A stretch of DNA of 64,000 bases from a virus. The first letter of the stretch is position 1. Each line of letters opens with the position of its first letter. The notes under the pieces were generated by a model, which worked only from the letters and a program-made list of their open reading frames with translations, was not told the DNA's origin and did no database searches. The stretch lies in IMG/VR virus record IMGVR_UViG_3300045592_000030; one strand, given 5' to 3'. The position numbers were made by a program, and so were the translations under genes. Below are positions 35,866-45,660 of the stretch, one piece after another.

Positions 35866-38800
35866 TTACTTATGTTTATTCATAAATTGCTGGGCTTTGT
35901 TCAATGCGTCCAGTGCTCCACCGCGTCCGTATGGATCCATACGAGCTTCAAAGGGCTGATTAAGACGATCAACGAGCGACGTGATAGCCACCGACAGCGC
36001 ACCCATAATGGCTTTCGTGTCGTTATCCACACCCGTAGCACCACTCGCCGCGGCCACCTGCTGCACGTTACCGGCATCGTAGGTGCGGTAAGGCATCGAA
36101 CTGCGGTTCTTATCGTACATGATGATTTCCCTCAGTAAGTCGGGTCGGTTCATCATCATGGCTGCTGTGGTCTCACGGCCTATCACCATTTCCGGACCGC
36201 GCTCGGCAACCAATGACGGTTGGCCGTTAATCATCGTAGCAATCGGTGAGCGCACAATACCCGTAACGGCTTGTGATATGCTTGTAGCAGCATAGACGCG
36301 GCCATCATCACCGACAACGGGATAGCTCTGACCGTCCAAAAGTCCACGGTATTTCTGCACGTTACCTTCATCATAGGTGAGCATTCCCGTCTTGAGCTTC
36401 GTATTCGTAGATGCCGAAGAAGTGTTGCTCTTGCCTAACTTGGAGAGGAAGGCAGAAAGCAAACCATTCAACAATGCTGTGATAACAGCCACCAAAGGAA
36501 TACCCCACCAACCTAATTTGCCAATAATATTAGCGGCACCGCTGACAATACCTCCCTCAGTATCAGTTGTGGCTTTCTTCACAGTGCTATGCGTGTTCGA
36601 TGCGTCCTGATCTTGCTGAGCCTTGTCAAGAGCAGCGTTCATCGTCGTGGTGATAGTCTGCTGACCGGCTGACTTGGCTGTTTCAGCCGCAAGAATATTC
36701 TTATTGCTCTCCTTGTGTTCCTGAACGCGTATCTTACTGCTTTCCTTTTCTGACTTGCTGATGGTTTTGGAGGAATTCTTATTCTCCTTTGCCATCTTGT
36801 CATTGTGCTTTTGGTTCTCTTTCTCAATGGCTTTATCATCGGCCACTTTTTGTTTCACTTTCGAAGATAACCCGCCCAAAGCATCACCAGCCACACTACT
36901 AATGGCACCACCGACAACACTTGTGGCATCGGTATTGCCCTGTCCAATACTCTGTGCTGCACCCGTGGCCGCGTTCTGCGCTGCCGTTACGTCAGTAGCA
37001 CCAGCCGAGGAAGTTCCTGTCATTGTTGCCGCACCATTGCCCTTACCCATATCCGTAGCTCCAGCCGCACCGCTTGCTGCACCGGTTGTCTCCGTGGGTG
37101 CGGGAGTTGACAAGTTGCTGTTACCAATAATAATATTCGCGTTCTCAATGGTTCCGGTCGGTATGCCGTTGTCATTGAAAAGCTCAGTTTCAAAACCGCT
37201 CTTCTTGCCTTTCTTCGCGGCTTTACGGATAAGCTCTTCCTTGACCTTGCGCATCATGAGCTCGTTGATGATCTTCACCGTCGATTGCGCATAGGCACGC
37301 ACCATGTCGGCCAATGCTTCCTTGACGGCATCACGGCCAGCCTTGGCACTATCCGACATCATCGCGAAAGCCTTACCCATTGCCGTGCCCAACTGCTCAA
37401 TAGGATCCGTCCACTGCTTCAACTCACTCATACGGTCGGTAACGCGTGTGGCTACGGTCTTTTCAAGTTCATTCTGCGCCTTATCTATCTTGTCAAGGTA
37501 ATCGTTTAATACCTTCGGGTCGGTAGTCTTTAGTTTGGCCATCTGGTATTGCGCCTGTGCCGCCCATAGATTATTGCGCTTTTCGGCCATTTCCACATCA
37601 TCGCCGCGGACGGTCTTGGAAAAACCGAATGGTTGCCAGTCGTTCTGCCGACGACCATAAAGACTTTCCTTATCTGACATTCGCGACAACGCCCTGTCAG
37701 CATTGCTGTACTGACGATACTCATTACTACGCTGCCACATCGTATCAATGATTTTCTTGAGTTCATCAGAACGTTTCTTCTGCTCTTCCCAAAAATCATC
37801 ACCATACTTCATAAGAAGATTATAGAGATAATAAATATTATCTCTCAATTCTCCTTTGTTAGCGTCGAGTATCTTCTTCAAGTCGTCAAGGTCGGGAATG
37901 CCATTACCGTCAAGTTTGACATCATATAAACCTTTTATATGATTACCCTTGTCATCCTCGTAGCCGTTCATCATCTTACCGGTGGTTTCCCAGTTGTTCG
38001 CCCATTTCACCATTTTAGGCGTACCATCCGGATTAAGAACACCGCTAAAATTAGAAACGAGTCCTGTTATCCATTTCCAAAGTCCTTTATCTGTGCTTAT
38101 ATCGCTCTCATAAGGATGATAACCATTACGCGGGAACTGCATAAGCATCTCATAAAACGGCGACATAAAGCGTTTGGGAGCCGTGCCATTAACAATTACC
38201 TCGTCAAGTGTATTACCGCTTCCCTTTGCCCCCTCTGTATTCTTTAACGGATTTGCTCCACCGGCATAACGACGGACATCGACAGGATTTAAGCCCACAT
38301 CGATAGCTTGCTGAGTATATTTCTTGATAACATTACCCAGTATATCAAACGACTCTACAACCTTTTCGGTTGCATCTGCCTGTTTTTCGTGAATATCAGC
38401 ATTAGACTTTAGATTTTCCGTTCCATTCTTATATATCTCATCAAGAACAGCACCGGCGTTTATGCCATAAACAGCATCGGAACCGTTGAACTTAGCGAGA
38501 TTTCTATAAGCCTTGTCAAGGTCAACATTCTGCATACGAGCCATGAGAGCCTTACTTGCGGTTCCGCCATTTTCCGTATCAAGTTGTAAATAGCCAGTAG
38601 AAAGCTCCTGAAGCATCTTAGAAAAGTCTAATTCAGGATGCTCGTTTTGGTGTCCTGACAAGCGGAAACGTGCTGCCGCAAGGAAACGGTTCTCGTAATC
38701 TTTCAACTGTGCTGTCAGTGCTACACCAACATCAGGCGTTAGGTCTTTTCCTATACGGTCTTTCAATCCTGTCAACTGTAAATTGAAATACGCCTCAATG

Positions 38801-41499
38801 TCAGATATAATAGCAGTAGCATCTGTCTTTGCGAGTTTCAATTCCTCATTAGCTGCTTTTCTTGCCTTAGCCCTTGCCTCACGTTCCTTCTTTAATCGAT
38901 CTCTTTCTGCTTTTGCTGCTGCCTTTGCCGCAAGTTTATCCTCGGTCTTATCATTATTGAATGTACCTGCGTCGGAATCGTCGGCGGAAAGATCCTCGTT
39001 AGAGATGAATGGCCCAAAAGCTGCATTTACCTTACCAGTCCATTTATCCGTGGATTTCTGTTGAGCGTAATAAGCCACTGCGTTCCAAAAAGCATTAGCT
39101 TCTCTCGCGTTCTTAGATGGATGCCACTTAAAACCGCTTGTTATACTATTCGCCTTAAATCGTCCATCAGGATCATCGAAGAATTTACCTGACCGTTGAT
39201 TTATAGCTGCGGCAAACTGAGCATCGGAAATGTTATACCCGGCATGGCGACGCAAAAAATTAGCGAACCCCCAAGGGCCTAAATGACTATGATCTTGATA
39301 AAAGCCATACAGCCACGAACTACCCTGCGCACTATGTTTTGTACCCTTTATACTTTCATCATAACTTTCAAGTCTGTTTGCCGACCACTGAATACGCGGC
39401 TGCACTACGCGTTTCATTTCTTTATCACGAGCCTCTAACGCATACTTGTTTTGCAGTTGTTTGACAACAGCGCGATAGGCATTTGACAAATCTTTAGCGG
39501 ACGAAGTCTCCGTTAATAGATTATTAAGATAGCCTCCGTAAATCTTATTAAATTCCTTAATAGCTGCCGTGCGCTCTTGCGTGCCCTTCTTTGCTTTAAG
39601 AATAGCCTGATAATGCCGATAAACTTCTATTTCCGCCGCTTTCGCTTGCACCTTGTACTCATGTACGGCATCATTCAGACTATTTTGTTTTTCAGTAGCT
39701 TCTTTTGTTGCCGACGCATACGCATAAATAGTGCCGATGACAGTAACGACGAGAGCCGCGATTGCACCAAAGACATTCGACTTCATCGCAATGTTCAAGC
39801 CCTCTTGCGCTGTCCTGGCCGCAAGCATAGAGGCACGAAGTTCTGTAAGAGCTGTTACCGCTCCCTGTATGCCACGGATGATGCCATAGGTACTAAAGAA
39901 CATGATGATTTGCGGCAAAAAGCGGATGATGGTCTTTGCGTCGAAAATGAGCAACTCAAAAGTCAGGCGCAAAGAGTTCATCACACCCTGCGAGCCGGTC
40001 ATCTCTTTGCTCAGATTGTACCACTGCAAAGCCAGTTCCTTCACAGAGTCAACTCCATCTTTGTTGACGAAAGCTTTAGACCAAAGATTATTGGCCCGCT
40101 CCATCAATCCGTTGGCAGTCTCCTGACGAAGATTGTACTCCTTAGTAACATCCTGGCCATCGATGAATGCTTCATTAGCTGTTTTGACATGCTCACGAAG
40201 CATATCAACGTTCTTTGCCATTGACACAGCCACGGCATTCAGTCGCGCACCTTCTGAACCTAACGGCTTAAAAATATTCCACATGGCATTCATGTTACCC
40301 ATGTCGTGCATGCGCTGGAAGATAAGCAAGAGCGCGTCCATCGTCTTACCTGCCGAAAGCATGTCTTTCAACGTGTCCTTCGGTAACTTTAATGCTTTAG
40401 CAAGAGTTTGCGGCTGCGTCTGCAACGCCGTGATCATCTTATTGAATGCCGTTGACGCGACTTCCGGCATCAGCATCATGGAGTCGGATGCCGAGCCTAA
40501 TGCCAACAGCTGCGGTGTGGTAATTTTACTTACCGATGCAAGGCCGGCCAATCGTTTAGCAAACTCCATGATGTTGTTTGCCGATGACGTACTGCTGGAA
40601 GCCAGTCGGAACATGGCCGAGCCGGTGGATAACAGTGCCTTCTCAATTCCCATCTTTTTGATGAGCCCCATGTTTTCCACCATCTTAGACATCATCGGCA
40701 ACGTGTCCTCACCCATCTGCTCTTTCAGCGCGACGTTTACCTGGTTGGCTGCTTCCGTGAAACCAGCCAAACCCTCTACGCCGTACTTACCAAAGCCGAG
40801 CTTACTGCCCTCGTAGGCAATCTGCTGTAAATCGGTCAGTGTAGAACGTGTGTCAACCTGCCGCAACCGCTCGCTCAGCTTATCCACCATACGCATCGAC
40901 AATCCCGACACCATGCGGATTTGCGAAAGCTGGTCGCTCATGTCAAGGTTCTTTCGGAACATGTCGCCCAACTTCGATATAGCTGTGCTGACAAGGGCAA
41001 ACATTCCAAGGTAAGTACCGATATTGCGGATAGACGTTTTCCACGCATTGCCATGTTTGCTCACGGCACCCGTGTTTTTGTCTATCTGCTTTTGCACGGC
41101 TTTCATCTGCATCTGCAACTGCTTCTGCCGTTGTATCTCACTGCCGGATGTATTCTCCAGCTCTTTTCTCAGCGTAGAGAGAGCCGAGCGAAGCTGCCGT
41201 GTGGTAGCCCCACCAAGGTTTTTCAGAATTTTATTGATGTCGCCAAGTTCCTGCAAGTTGTGCTTCTCGGCACTGTCGAGCGTCTTGAACTGCCGTTCCA
41301 GCGCATTGATTTCCTTGCGCAACTGTCGTGTTTTGTCAGTCTCCTTACCCGACTGTGCAAGGAGCTTCTTGTATTCCTCCACGCGCTTTGCATAGGTCCG
41401 ACGGAGCTGCTCAGCTTTTGCTCTGAGCATTTCTATCATCTGCTTTGCCTGTGAAGCGTTACAGGTGATGACAACCTCTGCCTTTTGTGATCTTGCCAT
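35866..41499 (-). CDS. Tail tape measure protein
   Basis: 1877 aa with a coiled-coil N-terminal third, internal hydrophobic segments and a Gly/Ala/Thr low-complexity region. Largest gene in the tail module. Confidence 0.8.
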   Translation of the reverse strand: MARSQKAEVVITCNASQAKQMIEMLRAKAEQLRRTYAKRVEEYKKLLAQSGKETDKTRQLRKEINALERQFKTLDSAEKHNLQELGDINKILKNLGGATTRQLRSALSTLRKELENTSGSEIQRQKQLQMQMKAVQKQIDKNTGAVSKHGNAWKTSIRNIGTYLGMFALVSTAISKLGDMFRKNLDMSDQLSQIRMVSGLSMRMVDKLSERLRQVDTRSTLTDLQQIAYEGSKLGFGKYGVEGLAGFTEAANQVNVALKEQMGEDTLPMMSKMVENMGLIKKMGIEKALLSTGSAMFRLASSSTSSANNIMEFAKRLAGLASVSKITTPQLLALGSASDSMMLMPEVASTAFNKMITALQTQPQTLAKALKLPKDTLKDMLSAGKTMDALLLIFQRMHDMGNMNAMWNIFKPLGSEGARLNAVAVSMAKNVDMLREHVKTANEAFIDGQDVTKEYNLRQETANGLMERANNLWSKAFVNKDGVDSVKELALQWYNLSKEMTGSQGVMNSLRLTFELLIFDAKTIIRFLPQIIMFFSTYGIIRGIQGAVTALTELRASMLAARTAQEGLNIAMKSNVFGAIAALVVTVIGTIYAYASATKEATEKQNSLNDAVHEYKVQAKAAEIEVYRHYQAILKAKKGTQERTAAIKEFNKIYGGYLNNLLTETSSAKDLSNAYRAVVKQLQNKYALEARDKEMKRVVQPRIQWSANRLESYDESIKGTKHSAQGSSWLYGFYQDHSHLGPWGFANFLRRHAGYNISDAQFAAAINQRSGKFFDDPDGRFKANSITSGFKWHPSKNAREANAFWNAVAYYAQQKSTDKWTGKVNAAFGPFISNEDLSADDSDAGTFNNDKTEDKLAAKAAAKAERDRLKKEREARAKARKAANEELKLAKTDATAIISDIEAYFNLQLTGLKDRIGKDLTPDVGVALTAQLKDYENRFLAAARFRLSGHQNEHPELDFSKMLQELSTGYLQLDTENGGTASKALMARMQNVDLDKAYRNLAKFNGSDAVYGINAGAVLDEIYKNGTENLKSNADIHEKQADATEKVVESFDILGNVIKKYTQQAIDVGLNPVDVRRYAGGANPLKNTEGAKGSGNTLDEVIVNGTAPKRFMSPFYEMLMQFPRNGYHPYESDISTDKGLWKWITGLVSNFSGVLNPDGTPKMVKWANNWETTGKMMNGYEDDKGNHIKGLYDVKLDGNGIPDLDDLKKILDANKGELRDNIYYLYNLLMKYGDDFWEEQKKRSDELKKIIDTMWQRSNEYRQYSNADRALSRMSDKESLYGRRQNDWQPFGFSKTVRGDDVEMAEKRNNLWAAQAQYQMAKLKTTDPKVLNDYLDKIDKAQNELEKTVATRVTDRMSELKQWTDPIEQLGTAMGKAFAMMSDSAKAGRDAVKEALADMVRAYAQSTVKIINELMMRKVKEELIRKAAKKGKKSGFETELFNDNGIPTGTIENANIIIGNSNLSTPAPTETTGAASGAAGATDMGKGNGAATMTGTSSAGATDVTAAQNAATGAAQSIGQGNTDATSVVGGAISSVAGDALGGLSSKVKQKVADDKAIEKENQKHNDKMAKENKNSSKTISKSEKESSKIRVQEHKESNKNILAAETAKSAGQQTITTTMNAALDKAQQDQDASNTHSTVKKATTDTEGGIVSGAANIIGKLGWWGIPLVAVITALLNGLLSAFLSKLGKSNTSSASTNTKLKTGMLTYDEGNVQKYRGLLDGQSYPVVGDDGRVYAATSISQAVTGIVRSPIATMINGQPSLVAERGPEMVIGRETTAAMMMNRPDLLREIIMYDKNRSSMPYRTYDAGNVQQVAAASGATGVDNDTKAIMGALSVAITSLVDRLNQPFEARMDPYGRGGALDALNKAQQFMNKHK

Positions 41500-41525
41500 A
41501 TCTCAATCCTTTAATTTTTCTTAGG

Positions 41526-41559
41526 TAAAAATACGAAATACAAAGAGGCCGTTAGGGAC
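41526..41559 (-). promoter_or_regulatory. Late-type promoter TGTCCCTAA-N18-TATTTTTA
   Basis: Minus strand reads GTCCCTAA + 18 nt + TATTTTTA, 26 nt before tape-measure ATG 41499. Confidence 0.55.
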
Positions 41560-41686
41560 AATACCCAACGAAACAGCCCCGCCATTATCACAACGACGGG
41601 GCCGTAAAGACAGAAAAAAACACATCCTTTCTGTTTACTGATCGTAAACCTAAAAAAATACTATGATAAAAAAAGAGTTCCTGAAG

Positions 41687-42208
41687 TTATATCTGCATGG
41701 CCATACCCTCGATACCCTCTGCAAGGTAGGTCTGACCTTTCAACCCGTAATAATCCTGCACATAACCGCACACACGACTCTGCACATGTCGCATCTCCAT
41801 CATAATAGCCGGTCGCTGCGAGCGTCCTGTACGACGGTTCCACTTCTGTGTATAGGTTGTTTTGTATCGTGCCTTGCGCGAACTATCAACACCGCCTAAC
41901 TTCGTGCCATCACCAACACCCATATCCACAAATCGCAAATAGTCGTTGAAAGAGAACACCATCGCAATGTCTGCCGGATTGTTGGCATTGATGATACGCG
42001 CTTCGACGCTTCTTTCTCCTTCACCGGTGGAATACCACTGACCACGCACACGGCGGTACTCGTTGATGGCATCATAGCCAGGATAGACAAGCGTAGGCCA
42101 TACATGTTGTGTAAACATATTAGCATGCAACTGATACATCGCATCGGTCATAAACTCATAGATGACGCGGTTCAGCGGTCGGGTGCGTTTCTTGTATTTT
42201 ACTGCCAT
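41687..42208 (-). CDS. Hypothetical tail-module protein
   Basis: 173-aa ORF upstream of the tape measure gene. Confidence 0.6.
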   Translation of the reverse strand: MAVKYKKRTRPLNRVIYEFMTDAMYQLHANMFTQHVWPTLVYPGYDAINEYRRVRGQWYSTGEGERSVEARIINANNPADIAMVFSFNDYLRFVDMGVGDGTKLGGVDSSRKARYKTTYTQKWNRRTGRSQRPAIMMEMRHVQSRVCGYVQDYYGLKGQTYLAEGIEGMAMQI

Positions 42209-42228
42209 GATGGTTCCTCCTCTGATGA

Positions 42229-42795
42229 TTATTCCTTTGCATCCAACAGTTTCTTCACCGTCTGCCAGTCGGTAGTCTGAAAGTTCTCGCTGTCATAGTC
42301 GTAGGTTCCCACAAGAATGATGACTCCTGCGGGCTTTTCGTGTTTTGTCTCATCATTCGGTTTCTCGCTCTGCTCGCGCACCACATAGAACTCAAACGGC
42401 TCTACCTTTGGCATAGCCACATCGTCCTGCTTGATTTCATCGCGCCGTGCATGACGGATGCGCATCACGTCGGCATGGGTCAGCACAGCATATTTGCGCT
42501 GAGCACGATGAACGGATTTTATTTCTTCCTGCTGAAAATACTTTTCGTAAGCCTCCTGACACTGATGATAGTAAAGCCAGTAGAAAGCATTTTCAAGAAA
42601 AGCCATCCACTTCTCCGCACTGACCATCATCGTGCGAGCAATCGGCTCCTCGATGAACAGCCGTCGGGTCTTGACATCAAAGGACAACAGCCCTTCTTTC
42701 TGCACGGCATCGAAGGTGGCAAAGAGGCGGATGGTACGCGTCGCGACATCTTCCTCCTGCTTGTGCTTACGTTTGAATAAGGATAAATTTTTCAT
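42229..42795 (-). CDS. Hypothetical tail-module protein
   Basis: 188-aa ORF. Confidence 0.6.
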   Translation of the reverse strand: MKNLSLFKRKHKQEEDVATRTIRLFATFDAVQKEGLLSFDVKTRRLFIEEPIARTMMVSAEKWMAFLENAFYWLYYHQCQEAYEKYFQQEEIKSVHRAQRKYAVLTHADVMRIRHARRDEIKQDDVAMPKVEPFEFYVVREQSEKPNDETKHEKPAGVIILVGTYDYDSENFQTTDWQTVKKLLDAKE

Positions 42796-42798
42796 CGC

Positions 42799-43380
42799 TC
42801 AAAGATTATATTTGGCATTAACGACACAAAGCGGTCGCTGCACCAGTTGAATAACATTCAGTTCACACACCCACCAGGCGTTGTACATCTTCGGTATCGT
42901 AGCCCAATTAGCGTTTTCCACCTGCAAGCCAGCGCAAGGCGCAATGTCGAACTGCTCACGAAACGGCTTCACCATCGCAAGCTGTTCCTCGCTGAGCCCA
43001 TTGAGATGATTCGACGCGGCTTTCTTCAACAACGAGAGGAAAGCCAAACAATCCAGTGCCATATCGTTACCTAATATCTTGCAGTCGGACGCATCCATAT
43101 CGCGCTGCGCCTGTGTGGTAGCCATGCCGCCAAGGTTTTGCTTCACCATAAATAAGATGCGGTGCTGATAACTGATGACAGAACCCTGCACCATACCATC
43201 TATCTGCGTGCAATAGCCCACGGAAGGCGACGAAACCAGCGGCAAACTTTTTATCCACTCATCGCTGCGGTAGTCCACCTCGGTACGAAAGAAAGTCCTA
43301 CGCTTTCCTCCCGCTCCGCCGTTATTGGTCAGCTTATACAGCTCCGTCCACCGCTCTAACATGTTATCAAGTCTGAACAT
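42799..43380 (-). CDS. Hypothetical tail-module protein (first gene of the operon)
   Basis: 193-aa ORF with its own late promoter. Confidence 0.6.
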   Translation of the reverse strand: MFRLDNMLERWTELYKLTNNGGAGGKRRTFFRTEVDYRSDEWIKSLPLVSSPSVGYCTQIDGMVQGSVISYQHRILFMVKQNLGGMATTQAQRDMDASDCKILGNDMALDCLAFLSLLKKAASNHLNGLSEEQLAMVKPFREQFDIAPCAGLQVENANWATIPKMYNAWWVCELNVIQLVQRPLCVVNAKYNL

Positions 43381-43404
43381 AATACTAATGTTTTGTTGCT
43401 ATAA

Positions 43405-43438
43405 CAAAGATAGAATATAGACTAACAGATATAGGGAC
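43405..43438 (-). promoter_or_regulatory. Late-type promoter TGTCCCTAT-N18-TATCTTTG
   Basis: Minus strand reads GTCCCTAT + 18 nt + TATCTTTG, 24 nt before ATG 43380. The leader also carries GTTATAG..CAAAACAT. Confidence 0.6.
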
Positions 43439-43624
43439 AGCTTCGACTATTCAAAAGAAAATTGCGGAGCACAGATTTTATAGGTGTTTTTAGTAATCAT
43501 AACATTGTTTATTTTTCTATGAAAAACGAGTAAGAAAAACAAAATAAAATTCTAAGAAAAGTACGAAGCTTATAATAAGAGAGCACAATGCTCAGATATT
43601 GCGAGCTCCGTACTTTTCACTGCG

Positions 43625-43786
43625 CTACTCCTCGATACGCGGTGTAGTCTGCGTGCCGTCCTTAAAGAACGACACCACACTGACGATAATCAGGAACAGA
43701 CACAAAAGGCCAACGATGGCAAGGGGCAACCCGAAGAGGATAGTCACAGTCCAGGCGAGCCACGTAGGAACGATAATTGTTGTCAT
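43625..43786 (-). CDS. Small membrane protein (53 aa, below track cutoff)
   Basis: Hand translation: MTTIIVPTWLAWTVTILFGLPLAIVGLLCLFLIIVSVVSFFKDGTQTTPRIEE. Confidence 0.35.
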   Translation of the reverse strand: MTTIIVPTWLAWTVTILFGLPLAIVGLLCLFLIIVSVVSFFKDGTQTTPRIEE

Positions 43787-43815
43787 AGCTATAAAGTGTT
43801 TGGTGAGACAAATGG

Positions 43816-44967
43816 TTAGGCGTTCTCGGCCAGCAAGAGTGGCATCTGCAAGAGCGACAACGACGATTTCGGATCTTCCTCTTTCATGGTGATGGCCTTC
43901 GACGGGTCGGACATCATCAGTCGCACGTTGTCGGTGGTGGTCAGTGAAAGCATGCTGATGAAGTCAACACCTTTCAAGCCTATCTGGAAACCGACAGGCA
44001 GCGTACACTCCACACACTGCAAGGTCTCCTTGCTGGAACGTGCGAAGTCAAGGTCCTGCGAGAATAAAGATAACTCACCGTCTTTCTCGCATTTCAGGCA
44101 GATAAGCGATGTCTGTATAGAAGAAAACATCACGATACGCTTCAAGGCAGAAACGAGCATCTTTACATCGACGACAACATGGTAGTCCTGCTGTTGTGGG
44201 AACACGACGTTGTAGTTAGGATAACGGCCTTCGATGGTAGTAATGTACATACTGGTGCCACCGGCATAGAAATGCACGGCGCGGTTGTCAGCCTCGATAT
44301 GTACGGTCTCGACACCACAAAAGGCTTTAATCAATGGACGGATGGCAGACTGCAGAAGAAGTAACTGCATGGGTGATCCAGCCGTGAGGAACGGTACTCC
44401 GGGCAGTGTGCTGCGCTTATAGAGCTTGTGCCCGTCGGTGGCGACAATCACATAGCCGTCATTGGTCGCATCGATAAGTACAGCCGACATCACGGGTCGG
44501 ATGGTATCACCTTTCACAGCGCACGAAGATGCTTTATTGATAGTGGGGAAAAGGTCAATGGCGTCAGCGTCGAAAGCAACAAAACGTCCGTCAACCTTGA
44601 TGGTCTGCATACGAGGGTAGTCCTCACTGCCTTCAACGGGCACATCGAATGATCCGTTCTGATATTCCATCTTGGCATTGTGGTCGTCGATGGTAACGGT
44701 GAGCGGCTGCACGCCTAATGTGCCTAACACTTTCGAGATGTCAGGGCTGATGCAGAAAGCCTCGAAGTCGCCCTTTGTTACCTGTAAAGAGGCAAATGGC
44801 ACGGTGAGCTCATTCTCCGAAGAAGAGCCGACGGCAAAGAAATCGTCGCCCTGCTTAGTGATAAGTACCTTGGAAAGGATGGGTAGCATATTCTTCGGTA
44901 TGATGACCGATGACGCAACATCCAACACATTTTTCAGTTCGTCGGAACTGATAACAAACTTGAACAT
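43816..44967 (-). CDS. dnaN: DNA polymerase III beta sliding clamp homolog
   Basis: 383 aa. The N-terminus MFKFVISSDELKNVLDVASSVIIPKNMLPILSKVLI and the overall length are typical of DnaN. Confidence 0.7.
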   Translation of the reverse strand: MFKFVISSDELKNVLDVASSVIIPKNMLPILSKVLITKQGDDFFAVGSSSENELTVPFASLQVTKGDFEAFCISPDISKVLGTLGVQPLTVTIDDHNAKMEYQNGSFDVPVEGSEDYPRMQTIKVDGRFVAFDADAIDLFPTINKASSCAVKGDTIRPVMSAVLIDATNDGYVIVATDGHKLYKRSTLPGVPFLTAGSPMQLLLLQSAIRPLIKAFCGVETVHIEADNRAVHFYAGGTSMYITTIEGRYPNYNVVFPQQQDYHVVVDVKMLVSALKRIVMFSSIQTSLICLKCEKDGELSLFSQDLDFARSSKETLQCVECTLPVGFQIGLKGVDFISMLSLTTTDNVRLMMSDPSKAITMKEEDPKSSLSLLQMPLLLAENA

Positions 44968-45010
44968 AGTCTATAATTGTCTTTATGGTTTTACTTGATG
45001 GTTGAGAGAA

Positions 45011-45592
45011 TTAGAAGGGCAAATCGTCGTCGTCCACGGGCAGTTCTAATGGGTCGGAATTGCCTTCTGCATCAACCGTTGGCGGTTGCCATCCGGTGGC
45101 CTGCGGCATGACGGGCTGCTGGGTATAGGTAGGCTGATGCGGTTGAGCGACATGCGCATAGATGTTGCCGAGCTTGATGCGCACGGCGTTGTATATCTCG
45201 TTTTTCAGTTCGCGCTCATGCTCCGGCGCGTCCTTCCAGTCAGGGTGCTCGGTGAGGATGCGTTTCTTTGCGGCCTCCATAGCCTTCTCGCGAAAGTCTG
45301 AATCGTAGTTGACATCCGCCCCGTGCGATGGCGGATTGAAGTTAGTTACGTCCTCGCCACGGCTGGCACGAGAGGCAATGGCTTTCTGCCGGTACGACTC
45401 CGGCAATGGCCAAAGGTTGATAGGGAGCGTAGCGCGGTAGGTGCCGTTGTCGCCACTCTTTAGCTCCACACCCGAATAGTTCACGCACGGGATGCACACG
45501 TAGTTCATCTTCGGGTGCTTTTCGTCAAGTCCTGACAGAACTTTAGCCCCTTTGATTTTCATTAAATCGATGGTTCCATAAAATGATGCCAT
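45011..45592 (-). CDS. SSB-like protein (called from C-terminal acidic tip)
   Basis: 193 aa with a Pro/Gln-rich linker, ending in VDDDDLPF (SSB tip consensus D-D-D-I/L-P-F). The OB fold was not verified. Confidence 0.5.
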   Translation of the reverse strand: MASFYGTIDLMKIKGAKVLSGLDEKHPKMNYVCIPCVNYSGVELKSGDNGTYRATLPINLWPLPESYRQKAIASRASRGEDVTNFNPPSHGADVNYDSDFREKAMEAAKKRILTEHPDWKDAPEHERELKNEIYNAVRIKLGNIYAHVAQPHQPTYTQQPVMPQATGWQPPTVDAEGNSDPLELPVDDDDLPF

Positions 45593-45660
45593 AATTGTAA
45601 CGTTTTAGAATGTGAATATTATATTTACTTCATAGAATATTATGTTTACCATTCCTTAGA